Of a DNA stretch of 64,000 nucleotides, positions 51,253 through 60,515 are shown in pieces. The number at the start of each line of letters is the position of its first letter. Positions within the stretch are counted from its first letter, which is position 1. Below the pieces are notes generated by a model. It was not told where the DNA came from, searched no databases, and saw only the letters and a list, made by a program, of their open reading frames with translations. Origin of the DNA: an uncultured Actinomycetes bacterium (GTDB taxonomy: Bacteria; Actinomycetota; Thermoleophilia; RBG-16-64-13); contig CAIQPS010000142.1 of assembly GCA_903873715.1 (NCBI GenBank), positions 1,693-65,692 on the forward strand. Reading direction: 5' to 3'. The translations under genes and the position numbers were made by a program.

Positions 51253-54246
51253 CTAGCCTCTCCTGGCCCTGCAGACCGGGCCCAATTGGCAGTAGTCCGG
51301 ACATTTGCGCCGGGTCTGCGGCAGGATGTCTCCCCGGCGCATGCCGCCGGCCGCCTGCTTGGCCAATCCCAGCGCACCTTCGAGCATCGCCTGGAAGCCC
51401 TCTTCGTCGGAGGTGGCACAGTCCTTGACCTGCTTGCCCAGCAGGTCCTCCGAGCCGGGAGCGGCCACCCCGGTCCGCTTGCGATCCTTGGCTGAGAGAT
51501 AGACACCACCGACGACCTCGGCATCCGGCCGCTCGGCAGCAAGAGCCAGCATGTACAGAGGGAGTTGCAGGGCCTCCTCGGTGCCTATCTTGTTCTTGCT
51601 CGGTACGCTGCCGCTCTTGTAGTCCACGATGAACAGGTGGTCCCGGGTGGAGTGATCTATCCGGTCCACACGACCCCTGAGGGCCAGCCCACCCACATCG
51701 ACGCCGTCCACCCCGCCCACTGTGGTCTCGGTCTCGAACGGCTGCAAGCTGCTCTCCGCGTCCGCTTCCATGGCCAGGACCTCGCGTACCCAGCCCCTCA
51801 ACTTCCAGCCCATCACCCGGCGCTCGGCGACCGTGCCGGGGCACCGGTCGCTGTTTACGGCAGCATCGACAAGGCCGGCGGCGATGGCCTGCGCCATATC
51901 CAGCTCCGTCCTGCGGAGCGGCAACGCCTCTCTGGACTTGAGTTCCAGGAAGGTGTCCCGCAATACCTGGTGAAGGAGTTCGCCGGTGACCCGATTGTCG
52001 GCCAGGGTCTCCATGTCGTCGGCGCCCACGACCCTCTCGATGAACCAGGAGAACGGGCACTTGAGGTAGCTCTCCAGAGAGGACGGAGAGAACGACCCGG
52101 TGGCTGCCAGCTCGGCCTTCACCGCATCGCTGACGAACCCCGCCGGCGATCCCGAACGCGTCCAGGATGGAGGCGCGAGAGGCGCAGGGCGGCATGAGTC
52201 GTGTGGCTGCAACCCCCCTGCGGCGCAGGCACGAAGGTAGTGCCTCATCGACGGCGCCTCGCCGGCCGGGTAGACCTGGTCGGCCAGCGTCCGGTGGATC
52301 ACGCCGGAGTCCTCGACGCCCAACAGCATCTTCGACCGAGACCAGTAGTAGGACTGCCCGGCGAAGCCTCCCGCGTCATCCGCGTCCCGGGCGCTCAGGA
52401 ACAGGTGCCGCCGGGCCCGGGACAGAGCCCGCACGAACAGCGCTTCCTCGTCGTCCGGCTGCTGGTTGAAGACCTCCCCTCCCAGGTTTTCGAGCCTGGT
52501 TCGCTGGGCCGGTGTGAGTAGACCCGGCCGGTCCCCCCGGCGGGGGAACTCACCCTCGACCAGGCCGAGGATGAACACGGTATCGAAGAGCCGGGCCCGT
52601 GCGCGATGGGCCGTGAGGACCTGCACCGCCCCTTCGGGGGCAGTGGGCGCCCCGGCGACACCGACCCGGGCAAGTGCCGGAAGAAGCACTTCGACTCGAA
52701 GCACGCCCTCCGGCAGGCTACCTTCGGTGCGGAAGGCCGACAACTCCGAGAGGGCGTCCCGCAAGGCGCGCGCCGCCCGGGCGTCGGCGCCCATATCGAG
52801 CGCGGCCGTGCCGGCGCGCTCCGGGCCGCTCGCCGCGCGGGCGAAAGCGGTCAAGCATGCGGAGAGCATCTGTTCGCCCAACCGCTGGGCGGCGTCCAGG
52901 TCGACGGACCGCTCCCCGCCGCGTGTCACGACGACGTCCATGAGCGCCTGCAAGGAGCCCTGGACCAGCGACTCCGCAGACCGGGCCAAAGCCTGCACCC
53001 CGCGGGCGGTGCCGCGGAGGTAGGCCAATTCCACGTCGGCGGCTTGCTCCAACGTCAACAGGCTGAAGGGGCCGCGCAGGTAGTCGGCGACGGCTTCCGC
53101 GTCATCTGCGGCCACGCCCCGCACTCCGGCCAGGAAAGCGTGCCCCAGGCCCGTCTCCCCCAGCGCGACCCGCTCGTCGACCTCGCACGGGATACCGCAC
53201 GAGAGCAGCACGTCCTCGAGCAACCTGCCCCACGTCTTGGTGCTGCGGACGATGACCGCTATCTGGCCGGGTGCCGTGCCGCACCGGATGCGCTCCGCGA
53301 TCTGCTGGGCAGCCAGTTCGGCCTCGTTGCGCTGTCCGGAGGCCAGCAGGAAGCGGACTCCCCCATCCTCCTCGTCCCACGCGACCGGCGCCGGCTCATC
53401 GGGCGATAGGTTCTCGGCGAAGTGTCTTTCCAGATACATGCCCGCCAGTGACGTGTACCGCTCCTCAGACCGCAACACCTCCACCCGGCCGGCGGCCGAT
53501 CTCTCCCAGGCCCGCAACTCTTCCGGGGTGGTGAGACCTGCGTAGCCGATATCTTGAGCGCCGTCCTCCCGGTCTGCGTCCAGCACCAGCAGGATCTCGG
53601 CGTTCCCGGCCAGGGTCTCGAGTAGCTTCCGCTGGGCGAGCGTGAACGAGGTGAAGCCGTAGAACGCCAGCGGACGGCGCCACTCGGACGCAGCACCCAA
53701 AGCCTCGCGCACGGCGTCGGACCGGTCGCAGAGCCCCAACTGGTCCCTGAGAGCGGAGTACCGAGCCAGCAGCCGCTCGATATCGGCCGCGAGAGCCGCG
53801 GAGCCGGCATCGGCAGCCGCCCAGCGCGCCAGCAGCCTCCCGATCTCCTCCAGGCTTCGCCCGCTGTCTCCCAGTTGCTGCAGCAGCGCCGCCGTGACCC
53901 CTGCCATGCCCGGGAACTCGGCCGAGAAGCCCTGGGCCCGAGGCGGCTCCTCCCGCAGCAGGTGACTGACCAGTAGCGTGCGCTCGAAGTCCCCGATGTA
54001 GCGTGGCGCCCTTCCGAGCAGCAGGCGCACCAAGCCGTCGAACGTGACCGCGGGCGACTGGCCGATGAGCGCTCCCTTGCGCTCGGCCATCTCCGCCGAC
54101 AGGGAACGAGCGTCCGGGCTCGTGGGGACCACGATGAGCGGCTGCAGTCCGAGCCGCGACTCCCACCACTGCAGCACCCGGCCCAGCTTGCCGGAATTAG
54201 CATGGCCCAGGATGAGTGTGAGACCTATGACGGGGACGTCGTCCAT
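51253..54246 (-). CDS. addB: AddB-type inactivated helicase with PD-(D/E)XK nuclease and Fe-S staple
   Basis: Degenerate Walker A (GHANSGK), GLVEGEFP, SPSSLESYLKCPF, GRVDRID…DYKSG…QLPLY, CPDYCQLGPVC. Confidence 0.85.
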   Translation of the reverse strand: MDDVPVIGLTLILGHANSGKLGRVLQWWESRLGLQPLIVVPTSPDARSLSAEMAERKGALIGQSPAVTFDGLVRLLLGRAPRYIGDFERTLLVSHLLREEPPRAQGFSAEFPGMAGVTAALLQQLGDSGRSLEEIGRLLARWAAADAGSAALAADIERLLARYSALRDQLGLCDRSDAVREALGAASEWRRPLAFYGFTSFTLAQRKLLETLAGNAEILLVLDADREDGAQDIGYAGLTTPEELRAWERSAAGRVEVLRSEERYTSLAGMYLERHFAENLSPDEPAPVAWDEEDGGVRFLLASGQRNEAELAAQQIAERIRCGTAPGQIAVIVRSTKTWGRLLEDVLLSCGIPCEVDERVALGETGLGHAFLAGVRGVAADDAEAVADYLRGPFSLLTLEQAADVELAYLRGTARGVQALARSAESLVQGSLQALMDVVVTRGGERSVDLDAAQRLGEQMLSACLTAFARAASGPERAGTAALDMGADARAARALRDALSELSAFRTEGSLPEGVLRVEVLLPALARVGVAGAPTAPEGAVQVLTAHRARARLFDTVFILGLVEGEFPRRGDRPGLLTPAQRTRLENLGGEVFNQQPDDEEALFVRALSRARRHLFLSARDADDAGGFAGQSYYWSRSKMLLGVEDSGVIHRTLADQVYPAGEAPSMRHYLRACAAGGLQPHDSCRPAPLAPPSWTRSGSPAGFVSDAVKAELAATGSFSPSSLESYLKCPFSWFIERVVGADDMETLADNRVTGELLHQVLRDTFLELKSREALPLRRTELDMAQAIAAGLVDAAVNSDRCPGTVAERRVMGWKLRGWVREVLAMEADAESSLQPFETETTVGGVDGVDVGGLALRGRVDRIDHSTRDHLFIVDYKSGSVPSKNKIGTEEALQLPLYMLALAAERPDAEVVGGVYLSAKDRKRTGVAAPGSEDLLGKQVKDCATSDEEGFQAMLEGALGLAKQAAGGMRRGDILPQTRRKCPDYCQLGPVCRARRG

Positions 54247-54253
54247 CTCCCAC

Positions 54254-54275
54254 ATTGTAAAGGCGCCGCCGGACA
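54254..54275 (-). promoter_or_regulatory. PafBC-type (RecA-NDp-like) promoter of addBA: TGTCCG-N10-TACAAT
   Basis: 5/6 match to TGTCGG with exact N10 spacing to TAnnnT; ATG lies 7 nt downstream of the -10. Confidence 0.75.
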
Positions 54276-54293
54276 GGAACAGCCAGCGTGCGA

Positions 54294-54299
54294 TAGTCT
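54294..54299 (+). promoter_or_regulatory. -10 element TAGTCT of the pafBC-like gene (leaderless geometry)
   Basis: 6 nt before ATG 54306; no SD. Confidence 0.55.
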
Positions 54300-54305
54300 T
54301 AGCGC

Positions 54306-56447
54306 ATGAGCCGGGACAAAGAAAAACTCATACGGCAACTCTCCCTCCTCTCGTTCCTCCTCAGCAAGCCCCGCCCGTTCACGGCGCAGGAGATCCAGGA
54401 GTCGGTCGAGGGCTATTGGGGGATGACCGACGACACGTTCACCCGGCGCTTCAACGGGGACCGGCACGACCTCGGCAAGGTGGGCATCGAGATACGGGTG
54501 CTCACGGGCTCCGATGCGGCCGATGTGGGCGAACAGCAGCTCTACCTGCTTCGCCAGGACGATTTCCGGCTGCCGGAGATCGACCTGACCCCCGAAGAAC
54601 TGACCGCGCTTTCCATGGCCCTCGCCGCGCTGGATGGGCGCTTCGCCTACGCGCGGCCGCTGCGCCTGGCCCTCACCGCCATCTGCCACGGCCGCCAGGA
54701 CGCCCTGGAGGAACAGTTCGGCCTGCTGCCGGTGGCCCTCGCGCCCGACGAGGACGCCCGCAGGGCGGGCAAGCAGCTGGCTCGGCTCGAGGACGCGGTC
54801 GCCCGCGGGCGCACGGTCACCTTCTCATACCCCGTGAGCGAGCAAGATGCCTCACTCATGGACCGCACGCTCGACCCGTACAACCTCTTCTTCATAGACG
54901 GCCACTGGTACGTGGTGGGCCGGGACCATCTGCGCGACGCCATCCGCACCTTCCGGGTCACCAGGATCAACGGGCCCGTGAAGTTCGTGACCGAGAAGAA
55001 CCGCGACTTCAACCGGCCGGCAGACTACGACCCCGCTGCCTACGGTGCGCGGCCGCCCTGGCTTCTCGGCCCGGTGCGCGGGACCGCCACCATCAGCGTG
55101 GGTGACGACATGGCCTGGTACGTGGAGCGGCTCGCCCCCCACGTACACGCCCTCCCCGGCGGCGACGACACCTGCACCCTCTTCGAGATGCCCTATGCCG
55201 ACGCCGGGCTGCTCCTCTCCTGGGTGGCAGGGCTCGGGAGTTGCGGCGAGCTCCTCGCCCCCACGCAGCTTCGTGACGAGCTGATAGACGGGCTACGCAA
55301 AGCGGCCGAAGCTCATACCGGCCCGGCGGACGACCCCGCTGCCCCCGGATCCCGGGAGGCGGCGGCCGCCTCGGGAGCGCCCAAGCCGGCCCCGAGACGG
55401 GGCTCCGCCGCCGCGCGCAAAGCCGCGGCCGACGACGAGGACGGCGAGCCCATCGCCGTGGAACACCTGGCGCGCGCGGTCGCTTTACTCCACTACCTGG
55501 TGGAACCGGAGCGGCCGGAGCTCGTTCCGTGGAAGGTCATCGAACGGGACCTCGGCCTCACCCGGGCCGAGCTCGAGGAAGACCTTCGCCTGGTCAACAT
55601 GGTGAACTTCGGGGGCGGCACCTACGCCTTGTTCGCGGAAGCTGAGCCCAAGGGCATCCGCGTGACCCGCGACGTCATGGCCGACACCTTCGCCCGTCCC
55701 GCCCGGCTCTCCCCTCTCATGGCCCGGGCGCTCTTGCTCGCCCTGGACCTGCTGGGCGACGCCTTCACCGCGCCGGGGCTGAAGTCGCTCACGCCGGTGC
55801 GCGAGAAGATCCAGGCCGTCGTCGGGGCCTCCCCGGAGGACGGTTCCGTCGTGGTGGACCAATTGCTGGCCCCGGCCCACGAGATCACCGCCGCCATCCG
55901 CCGGGGCATCCACGACCGCCGGGTGGTCGAGCTCGAATACCTCACCAAGGGCAGGCTCGAAGTCTCCACAAGGCAGGTGGAGCCCTACCTCCTCTTCCGT
56001 GGCCAGGAAGCCTGGTACCTGGAGGCGTTCTGCCTGAGCGCGCAAGCCGAACGGACCTTCAAGCTCGAGCGGATACGCTCCGCCCGGGTCCTCGACGAGA
56101 CCTACACGCCCCGCCCCGAGGTTGACCTGACGTCGCGCCGGAGCGGCCAGGCCTTCATCCCCGGCGACGTGGCCTCGTGGGCGACGGTGCGCTTCCAGCC
56201 CCGCTGGCTGCGCCACCTGCAGGACCGGGGCACAGACTTCTTCGCCCTGCCGGACGGCCGGCTGGAGGCACGCATCCCGTACGCCGACGAGGGCTGGATG
56301 GCCTACGACGTCCTGCGCTTCCTCGGTGAGGCGGTCCTGGAGAGCCCGCAGTCGGCGCGCGACCGCATCAAGGAACTGGCGGCCGCCTTGCACGCTCGCT
56401 ACGAGAGCGGGACACCGGCGCAGGCATCCACAGGAGACACACCGTGA
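54306..56447 (+). CDS. pafBC: Fused PafB-PafC transcriptional regulator (HTH-WYL-WCX twice)
   Basis: PafB-like HTH (FTRRFNGDRHDL), WYL1 (DPY…GHWYVVGRD…RTFRVTRI), Ala/Pro linker, PafC-like RPARLS, WYL2 (EPY…WYLEAFC…RTFKLERI). Confidence 0.88.
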   Translation: MSRDKEKLIRQLSLLSFLLSKPRPFTAQEIQESVEGYWGMTDDTFTRRFNGDRHDLGKVGIEIRVLTGSDAADVGEQQLYLLRQDDFRLPEIDLTPEELTALSMALAALDGRFAYARPLRLALTAICHGRQDALEEQFGLLPVALAPDEDARRAGKQLARLEDAVARGRTVTFSYPVSEQDASLMDRTLDPYNLFFIDGHWYVVGRDHLRDAIRTFRVTRINGPVKFVTEKNRDFNRPADYDPAAYGARPPWLLGPVRGTATISVGDDMAWYVERLAPHVHALPGGDDTCTLFEMPYADAGLLLSWVAGLGSCGELLAPTQLRDELIDGLRKAAEAHTGPADDPAAPGSREAAAASGAPKPAPRRGSAAARKAAADDEDGEPIAVEHLARAVALLHYLVEPERPELVPWKVIERDLGLTRAELEEDLRLVNMVNFGGGTYALFAEAEPKGIRVTRDVMADTFARPARLSPLMARALLLALDLLGDAFTAPGLKSLTPVREKIQAVVGASPEDGSVVVDQLLAPAHEITAAIRRGIHDRRVVELEYLTKGRLEVSTRQVEPYLLFRGQEAWYLEAFCLSAQAERTFKLERIRSARVLDETYTPRPEVDLTSRRSGQAFIPGDVASWATVRFQPRWLRHLQDRGTDFFALPDGRLEARIPYADEGWMAYDVLRFLGEAVLESPQSARDRIKELAAALHARYESGTPAQASTGDTP

Positions 56448-56920
56448 GGTTCTGGCTCCGCTGGGCGGCGAACAGCGTCGCCGTCTTCCTGGCTCTATAT
56501 CTGGTCGATTCGCTGCTCCACGAGCGGTTCCGTTTCACGGCGACGTGGGCGGCGGTCATCGCGGCCATCGTCTTGGCTTTCGTCGACAGCTTCGTCAAAC
56601 CGCTGCACCGGGCCCGCAGCAAGCCCGGCCGGGCGGCACTGGCGGCGGCGCTCAACGTCCTGGTCGACGCGCTCATCCTCCAGTTGTTCGTCTGGGTGGG
56701 TGCAGGCCTCACCACCCTCGGCTTCCTCTGGGTGCTGTTGGCAGCCGCCTTCGCGACCCTGGTCGCCGGGCTCATCAACTCCCAGGTGGGCTTCACGGCT
56801 TCAGGCAAGCGCCGCCCCGGATCGGGCGGGCGAGAGCGGGCGGGATCGGGCCGCGAAGGGCGCAGACAGGCTACGGATGAGCCGAAACCGGTGCGTACCG
56901 AGCGGAAGCGCCTGACCTAG
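56444..56920 (+). CDS. 4-TM phage-holin-family (YvlD-like) membrane protein
   Basis: RFWLRWAANSVA…AIVLAFVDSFVKP…four hydrophobic helices and a basic tail; GTGA overlap with pafBC. Confidence 0.7.
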   Translation: MRFWLRWAANSVAVFLALYLVDSLLHERFRFTATWAAVIAAIVLAFVDSFVKPLHRARSKPGRAALAAALNVLVDALILQLFVWVGAGLTTLGFLWVLLAAAFATLVAGLINSQVGFTASGKRRPGSGGRERAGSGREGRRQATDEPKPVRTERKRLT

Positions 56921-56940
56921 GAGACCGGGCTTGCGGCCCG

Positions 56941-58029
56941 TCAGATCCCCGCGGGGATCACGTGGCCGTGAGACTGCACCAACAGCCGGAAATCGTGCGG
57001 GCTGCTGGCGACCAGCATCGCGTCCGACAGCGACACCAACCCCGCCTCGAACAGGTTCAACAGGCTCTGGTCGAAGGTCTGCATGCCGTAGAAGTCGCCT
57101 TCCTGCATGGCCGTCTTGATGTTGTGGGTCTGCCCCGCGTCGAGGATCATGTCGCGGATGCGGCCGGTCATGGCCATGACCTCCACGGCGGGCACCCTCC
57201 CCTTGCCGTCAGAACGGACCAGCAGACGCTGGGAGATGATCCCGCGCAGCGAGCCGGCGAGCATGATGCGCACCTGTTTCTGCTGGTAGAGCGGGAAGAA
57301 GTCGATGATGCGGTTGACCGTCTCGGACACGTCGATGGTGTGGAGCGTGCTGAGCACGAAGTGACCGGTCTGAGCTGCCGTGAGGGCCGTGCGGACCGTC
57401 TCCTGGTCGCGCATCTCGCCGATGAGGATGATGTCCGGGTCCTGACGCAGGACGTACTTGAGGGCGGTGCCGTAGTTCTCGGTGTCGAGGCCTATCTCCC
57501 GCTGGTTGACGATGCACTTGACGTCGCTGTGGAGGATCTCGATGGGGTCCTCGATGGTGACGATGTGCCTGCGAAGGTTGCGGTTGATGTGGTCGATCAT
57601 CGACGCGAGCGTGGTGGTCTTGCCCGAGCCGGTGGTCCCGGTGACCAGCACCATGCCCCTGGGTTCGAGGGCCAGTTGCTGCACCACCGGCGGCAGGTTG
57701 AGGTCGTGGAAGTTGGGCACCCGGGTCACCACGTGGCGCATGGCGATCGAGATGGTGCCCCTCTGCCGGTAGACGTTCACGCGGTAGCGACCGCTGTTGG
57801 GCGCGCTGTACGCGAAGTCGATCTCGTTGGTCTCGCTGAAACGGCGGATCTGCTTCTCGCTCATGAGCGATGCAGCGTAGTCCTTCGTGTCCTCAGGAGA
57901 GCAGACGGGCTCCTGCAGCTCCTTGAGCTCGCCATCGACCCTCATTATGGGAGGGCTGCCCACCTTGATGTGGAGGTCGGATGCACCCGCCTCTTTCACC
58001 TGCAGCAGCAACTCGTCGATGTTCTTCAT
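56941..58029 (-). CDS. pilT: PilT/PilU-family type IV pilus retraction ATPase
   Basis: ASDLH, GTTGSGKTT, TIEDPIE, LRQDPD, GEMRD, TGH…STLH, GMQTFDQ. Confidence 0.92.
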   Translation of the reverse strand: MKNIDELLLQVKEAGASDLHIKVGSPPIMRVDGELKELQEPVCSPEDTKDYAASLMSEKQIRRFSETNEIDFAYSAPNSGRYRVNVYRQRGTISIAMRHVVTRVPNFHDLNLPPVVQQLALEPRGMVLVTGTTGSGKTTTLASMIDHINRNLRRHIVTIEDPIEILHSDVKCIVNQREIGLDTENYGTALKYVLRQDPDIILIGEMRDQETVRTALTAAQTGHFVLSTLHTIDVSETVNRIIDFFPLYQQKQVRIMLAGSLRGIISQRLLVRSDGKGRVPAVEVMAMTGRIRDMILDAGQTHNIKTAMQEGDFYGMQTFDQSLLNLFEAGLVSLSDAMLVASSPHDFRLLVQSHGHVIPAGI

Positions 58030-58088
58030 CAAGAGCCTCCGAACGGTTCACGCGCAGCGCTGAGGGCGCGGCACGTCCTTCTCCTACT

Positions 58089-58116
58089 GTTTCGGAGGAA
58101 ACGCCCCGCGACTTGA
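58089..58116 (-). promoter_or_regulatory. Sigma28/WhiG-like promoter TCAA-N16-TCCGAAAC upstream of pilT
   Basis: Resembles TAAA-N16-GCCGATAA with the correct spacing. Confidence 0.5.
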
Positions 58117-58182
58117 GAGGGTCGGGCGCGCGCCCGATGAGCACCGCGGCCCGGCGGTCCGGCCGGCGCGGCCTTCCCTCGC

Positions 58183-59205
58183 CTAGAAGGCGCCCTTCCA
58201 GTACGGCTTGACCTCTTCGAGCGCCTCACGCACGTCGGCCTTCTCGTCGGCCGAAACGGTGGGGCTGAACTCGGGCGTCTCCCCTCCCAGCCCACGTATG
58301 GTGGCCACCACCGACGCCGCGAGCATCGACGGGGAATATCCACCCTCGAGGAAGCAGACCGGACCGGCCGCGCCGGTCTCGCCGGCGATCCGGACCAGCC
58401 GGGCCGCCATCCACTGGAAGGCGGTCTGCGAGAAGCACAGGTCACCCAGCGGGTCGCCCTTCTGCGGGTCGTATCCGGCTGAGACCAGGATCAATTGGGG
58501 CTTGAAGGCCCGCGCCAGAGGCGCCAGCAGAGTGTCGAAGGCCTGCTGCACCGCCCCGTCACCGTCGCCCGGAAGGAGCGGCACGTTCACTATCGTGCCG
58601 GCCGCGGCATCCGACCCGGTCTCGACGGTCTTGCCCGTCCCGGGATAGTGGCCTGCCTCGTGCGTGCTGAAGAACAGCACACGGGGCTCCCGGTAGAAGA
58701 TGTCCTGGGTCCCGTTGCCGTGGTGCACGTCCCAATCGACGATGAGCACCCTTTCGAGGCCCTTCTCTGCCAGCGCATACGCCGCCGCGACCGCGATGTT
58801 GTTGAAGAGACAGAAGCCCATGCCCTGCTTGGGCCGGGCGTGGTGGCCCGGAGGCCGCACGAGCAGGAAGGCCTTCTCGCCGGACCCCAGTGCCTTGTCG
58901 ACGGCCATCAGGCCCGAACCGGCCGCCAGGAGCGCCGCTTCGTACGACCGCGGCGACACGAAGGTGTCGCCGTCCAGCCATCCGCCGCCCTGCTGGGCCA
59001 ACCTCTCCACCGTCTGGATGTACGCCGGATCGTGCACCCGGGCGATGGCAGCGACGGGCGCCGGATCCGGCGTGATCCACCGGATGTCGAGACCGCTGTC
59101 GAGCAACGCCTGCACGGACGCCGAGAGGCGCCGCTTGTTCTCAGGGTGCTCCCCGGTCTCGTGCTCGAGGAATACCGGGGTGTAGTAGACGTCGATGGCT
59201 GTCAT
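58183..59205 (-). CDS. Histone deacetylase family (Zn-dependent amidohydrolase)
   Basis: HPE, RPPGHHA, GFCLFNN, DWDVHHGNGTQ, SAGYD, LEGGY. Confidence 0.94.
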   Translation of the reverse strand: MTAIDVYYTPVFLEHETGEHPENKRRLSASVQALLDSGLDIRWITPDPAPVAAIARVHDPAYIQTVERLAQQGGGWLDGDTFVSPRSYEAALLAAGSGLMAVDKALGSGEKAFLLVRPPGHHARPKQGMGFCLFNNIAVAAAYALAEKGLERVLIVDWDVHHGNGTQDIFYREPRVLFFSTHEAGHYPGTGKTVETGSDAAAGTIVNVPLLPGDGDGAVQQAFDTLLAPLARAFKPQLILVSAGYDPQKGDPLGDLCFSQTAFQWMAARLVRIAGETGAAGPVCFLEGGYSPSMLAASVVATIRGLGGETPEFSPTVSADEKADVREALEEVKPYWKGAF

Positions 59206-59233
59206 GGAGCCGTCCAGATGGTCGAGGGCCTGC

Positions 59234-60445
59234 CTAGAGTATCCGCCTGCCGCAGTTGTACGAGGTCCACAGGTAGTCGATGCGGACGCCCTTGCCCGTG
59301 CCGGCGGCGTTCACCATCTTACCGCCCCCGATGTAGATGCCCACATGGTGGATGGGGCTGAAGAAGAACACCAGGTCCCCCGGCTCCAGGTTCGCCCGCG
59401 AGACGGCGGTGCCGTACGTGGACTGCAGGCTGCTCGAGTGCGGGAGCGAGATGCCGAAGTGCCTGTAGACGTACCTGGTGAAGCCGGAACAGTCGAAGCC
59501 GTCCGGGGTGGAACCGCCCCAGACGTACGGGGTCCCCAGGAACGTCAACGCGTAGTCGACGATGTCGCCGCCGGTGGTGCCCCCGCCCGAGGACGGCGGG
59601 TCGATGGTGGTCGTGGTCTTCTTGGTGGTGGTGGTCGACTTACCGGTGGTGGTCGTGGTCTTGCTCGTGGTACCGGTATGTCCGGTGGTGGTGGTCGTCT
59701 TCTTGACGGTGGTCGTCGTGGAGGCACGCCGGGCCGCTTCCTCGCGGGCCTTGCGGGCTTCCTCGGCCGCCTTCTTCGCCGCCTCGGCCAGAGCCTTCTG
59801 CCGCGCCGCCTCTTCCGCTTCCAACTGAGCGACCAGAGCCTCTTTGCCCTTCAGCGCGTTCTTCTTGGTCTCGAGGCGCGCCTTGACATCTTCCTCCGCC
59901 TTGGCGGCTTCGGCCGCGTACTTCTCCTGATCGGCGATCTGCTGCTCGAGCGTGGCTTTACGCTGAGTGACTTCCTTGTGGTAGGCGGTGACCTGGGTCA
60001 CCAGGTCGCTGTCCTGCTTGCTGAGGCGCTCCAGAAGGCCCAGCCTGTTGATGAGGTCCGAGAAGGACTCGGCGCCGACCAGGGTGTTCAGCACGCCCAG
60101 GTGGCCCTGCTTGTAGATGTCCACCACCCGGGAGCTCAGTCTGGCCGACGCCTCGGCCAGGTCGGCCTCAGCCGTGTTCAAGCGCTCCTCGTTGTCCGCG
60201 GCCGCCGCCTTGGTCTCTTCCAGCTTGGCGTTCGCGGTGTCGTACTCTTCGACCGCCGCCTCCACCTGGGCGTCAAGTTCGTCGACCTGCTCACGCAGAG
60301 CGTCGACCTGGCTCTTGGCGTTGTTGATGGCGGATGTGTCTGCCCACGCGATGCCGGCCACCACAAGGGCCGAGATCACACAGGCTATGAAGAATGGGAT
60401 GAGACGAACCAGATGCTGCCCGATGCTGCTCGCTTTGCCGGTGAT
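59234..60445 (-). CDS. Secreted coiled-coil NlpC/P60 peptidoglycan endopeptidase (CwlO/RipA-like); probable ATC start
   Basis: Signal peptide ending AWA, long coiled coil, Thr/Lys linker, PYVWGG…FDCSG…HVGIY. Confidence 0.9.
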   Translation of the reverse strand: MTGKASSIGQHLVRLIPFFIACVISALVVAGIAWADTSAINNAKSQVDALREQVDELDAQVEAAVEEYDTANAKLEETKAAAADNEERLNTAEADLAEASARLSSRVVDIYKQGHLGVLNTLVGAESFSDLINRLGLLERLSKQDSDLVTQVTAYHKEVTQRKATLEQQIADQEKYAAEAAKAEEDVKARLETKKNALKGKEALVAQLEAEEAARQKALAEAAKKAAEEARKAREEAARRASTTTTVKKTTTTTGHTGTTSKTTTTTGKSTTTTKKTTTTIDPPSSGGGTTGGDIVDYALTFLGTPYVWGGSTPDGFDCSGFTRYVYRHFGISLPHSSSLQSTYGTAVSRANLEPGDLVFFFSPIHHVGIYIGGGKMVNAAGTGKGVRIDYLWTSYNCGRRIL

Positions 60446-60515
60446 GTCGGGACCTCCTACACCGTCGTGCCGGACCGGAGCATCGCTCGAGACCGCCCCC
60501 CTGAGAATCCGCCAC

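Noticed and set aside
47796..54246. Cas4-like Cys/nuclease motifs suggesting CRISPR-Cas
   Set aside because: They are C-terminal domains of AddA and AddB; no repeat-spacer array or cas genes were seen
56444..56920. Holin-family gene as evidence of a prophage
   Set aside because: No integrase, structural or adjacent endolysin genes; this family is common in chromosomes
58122..58137. Perfect 16-bp palindrome TCGGGCGCGCGCCCGA
   Set aside because: Almost all G/C with no U-tract and no second copy seen; function cannot be supported
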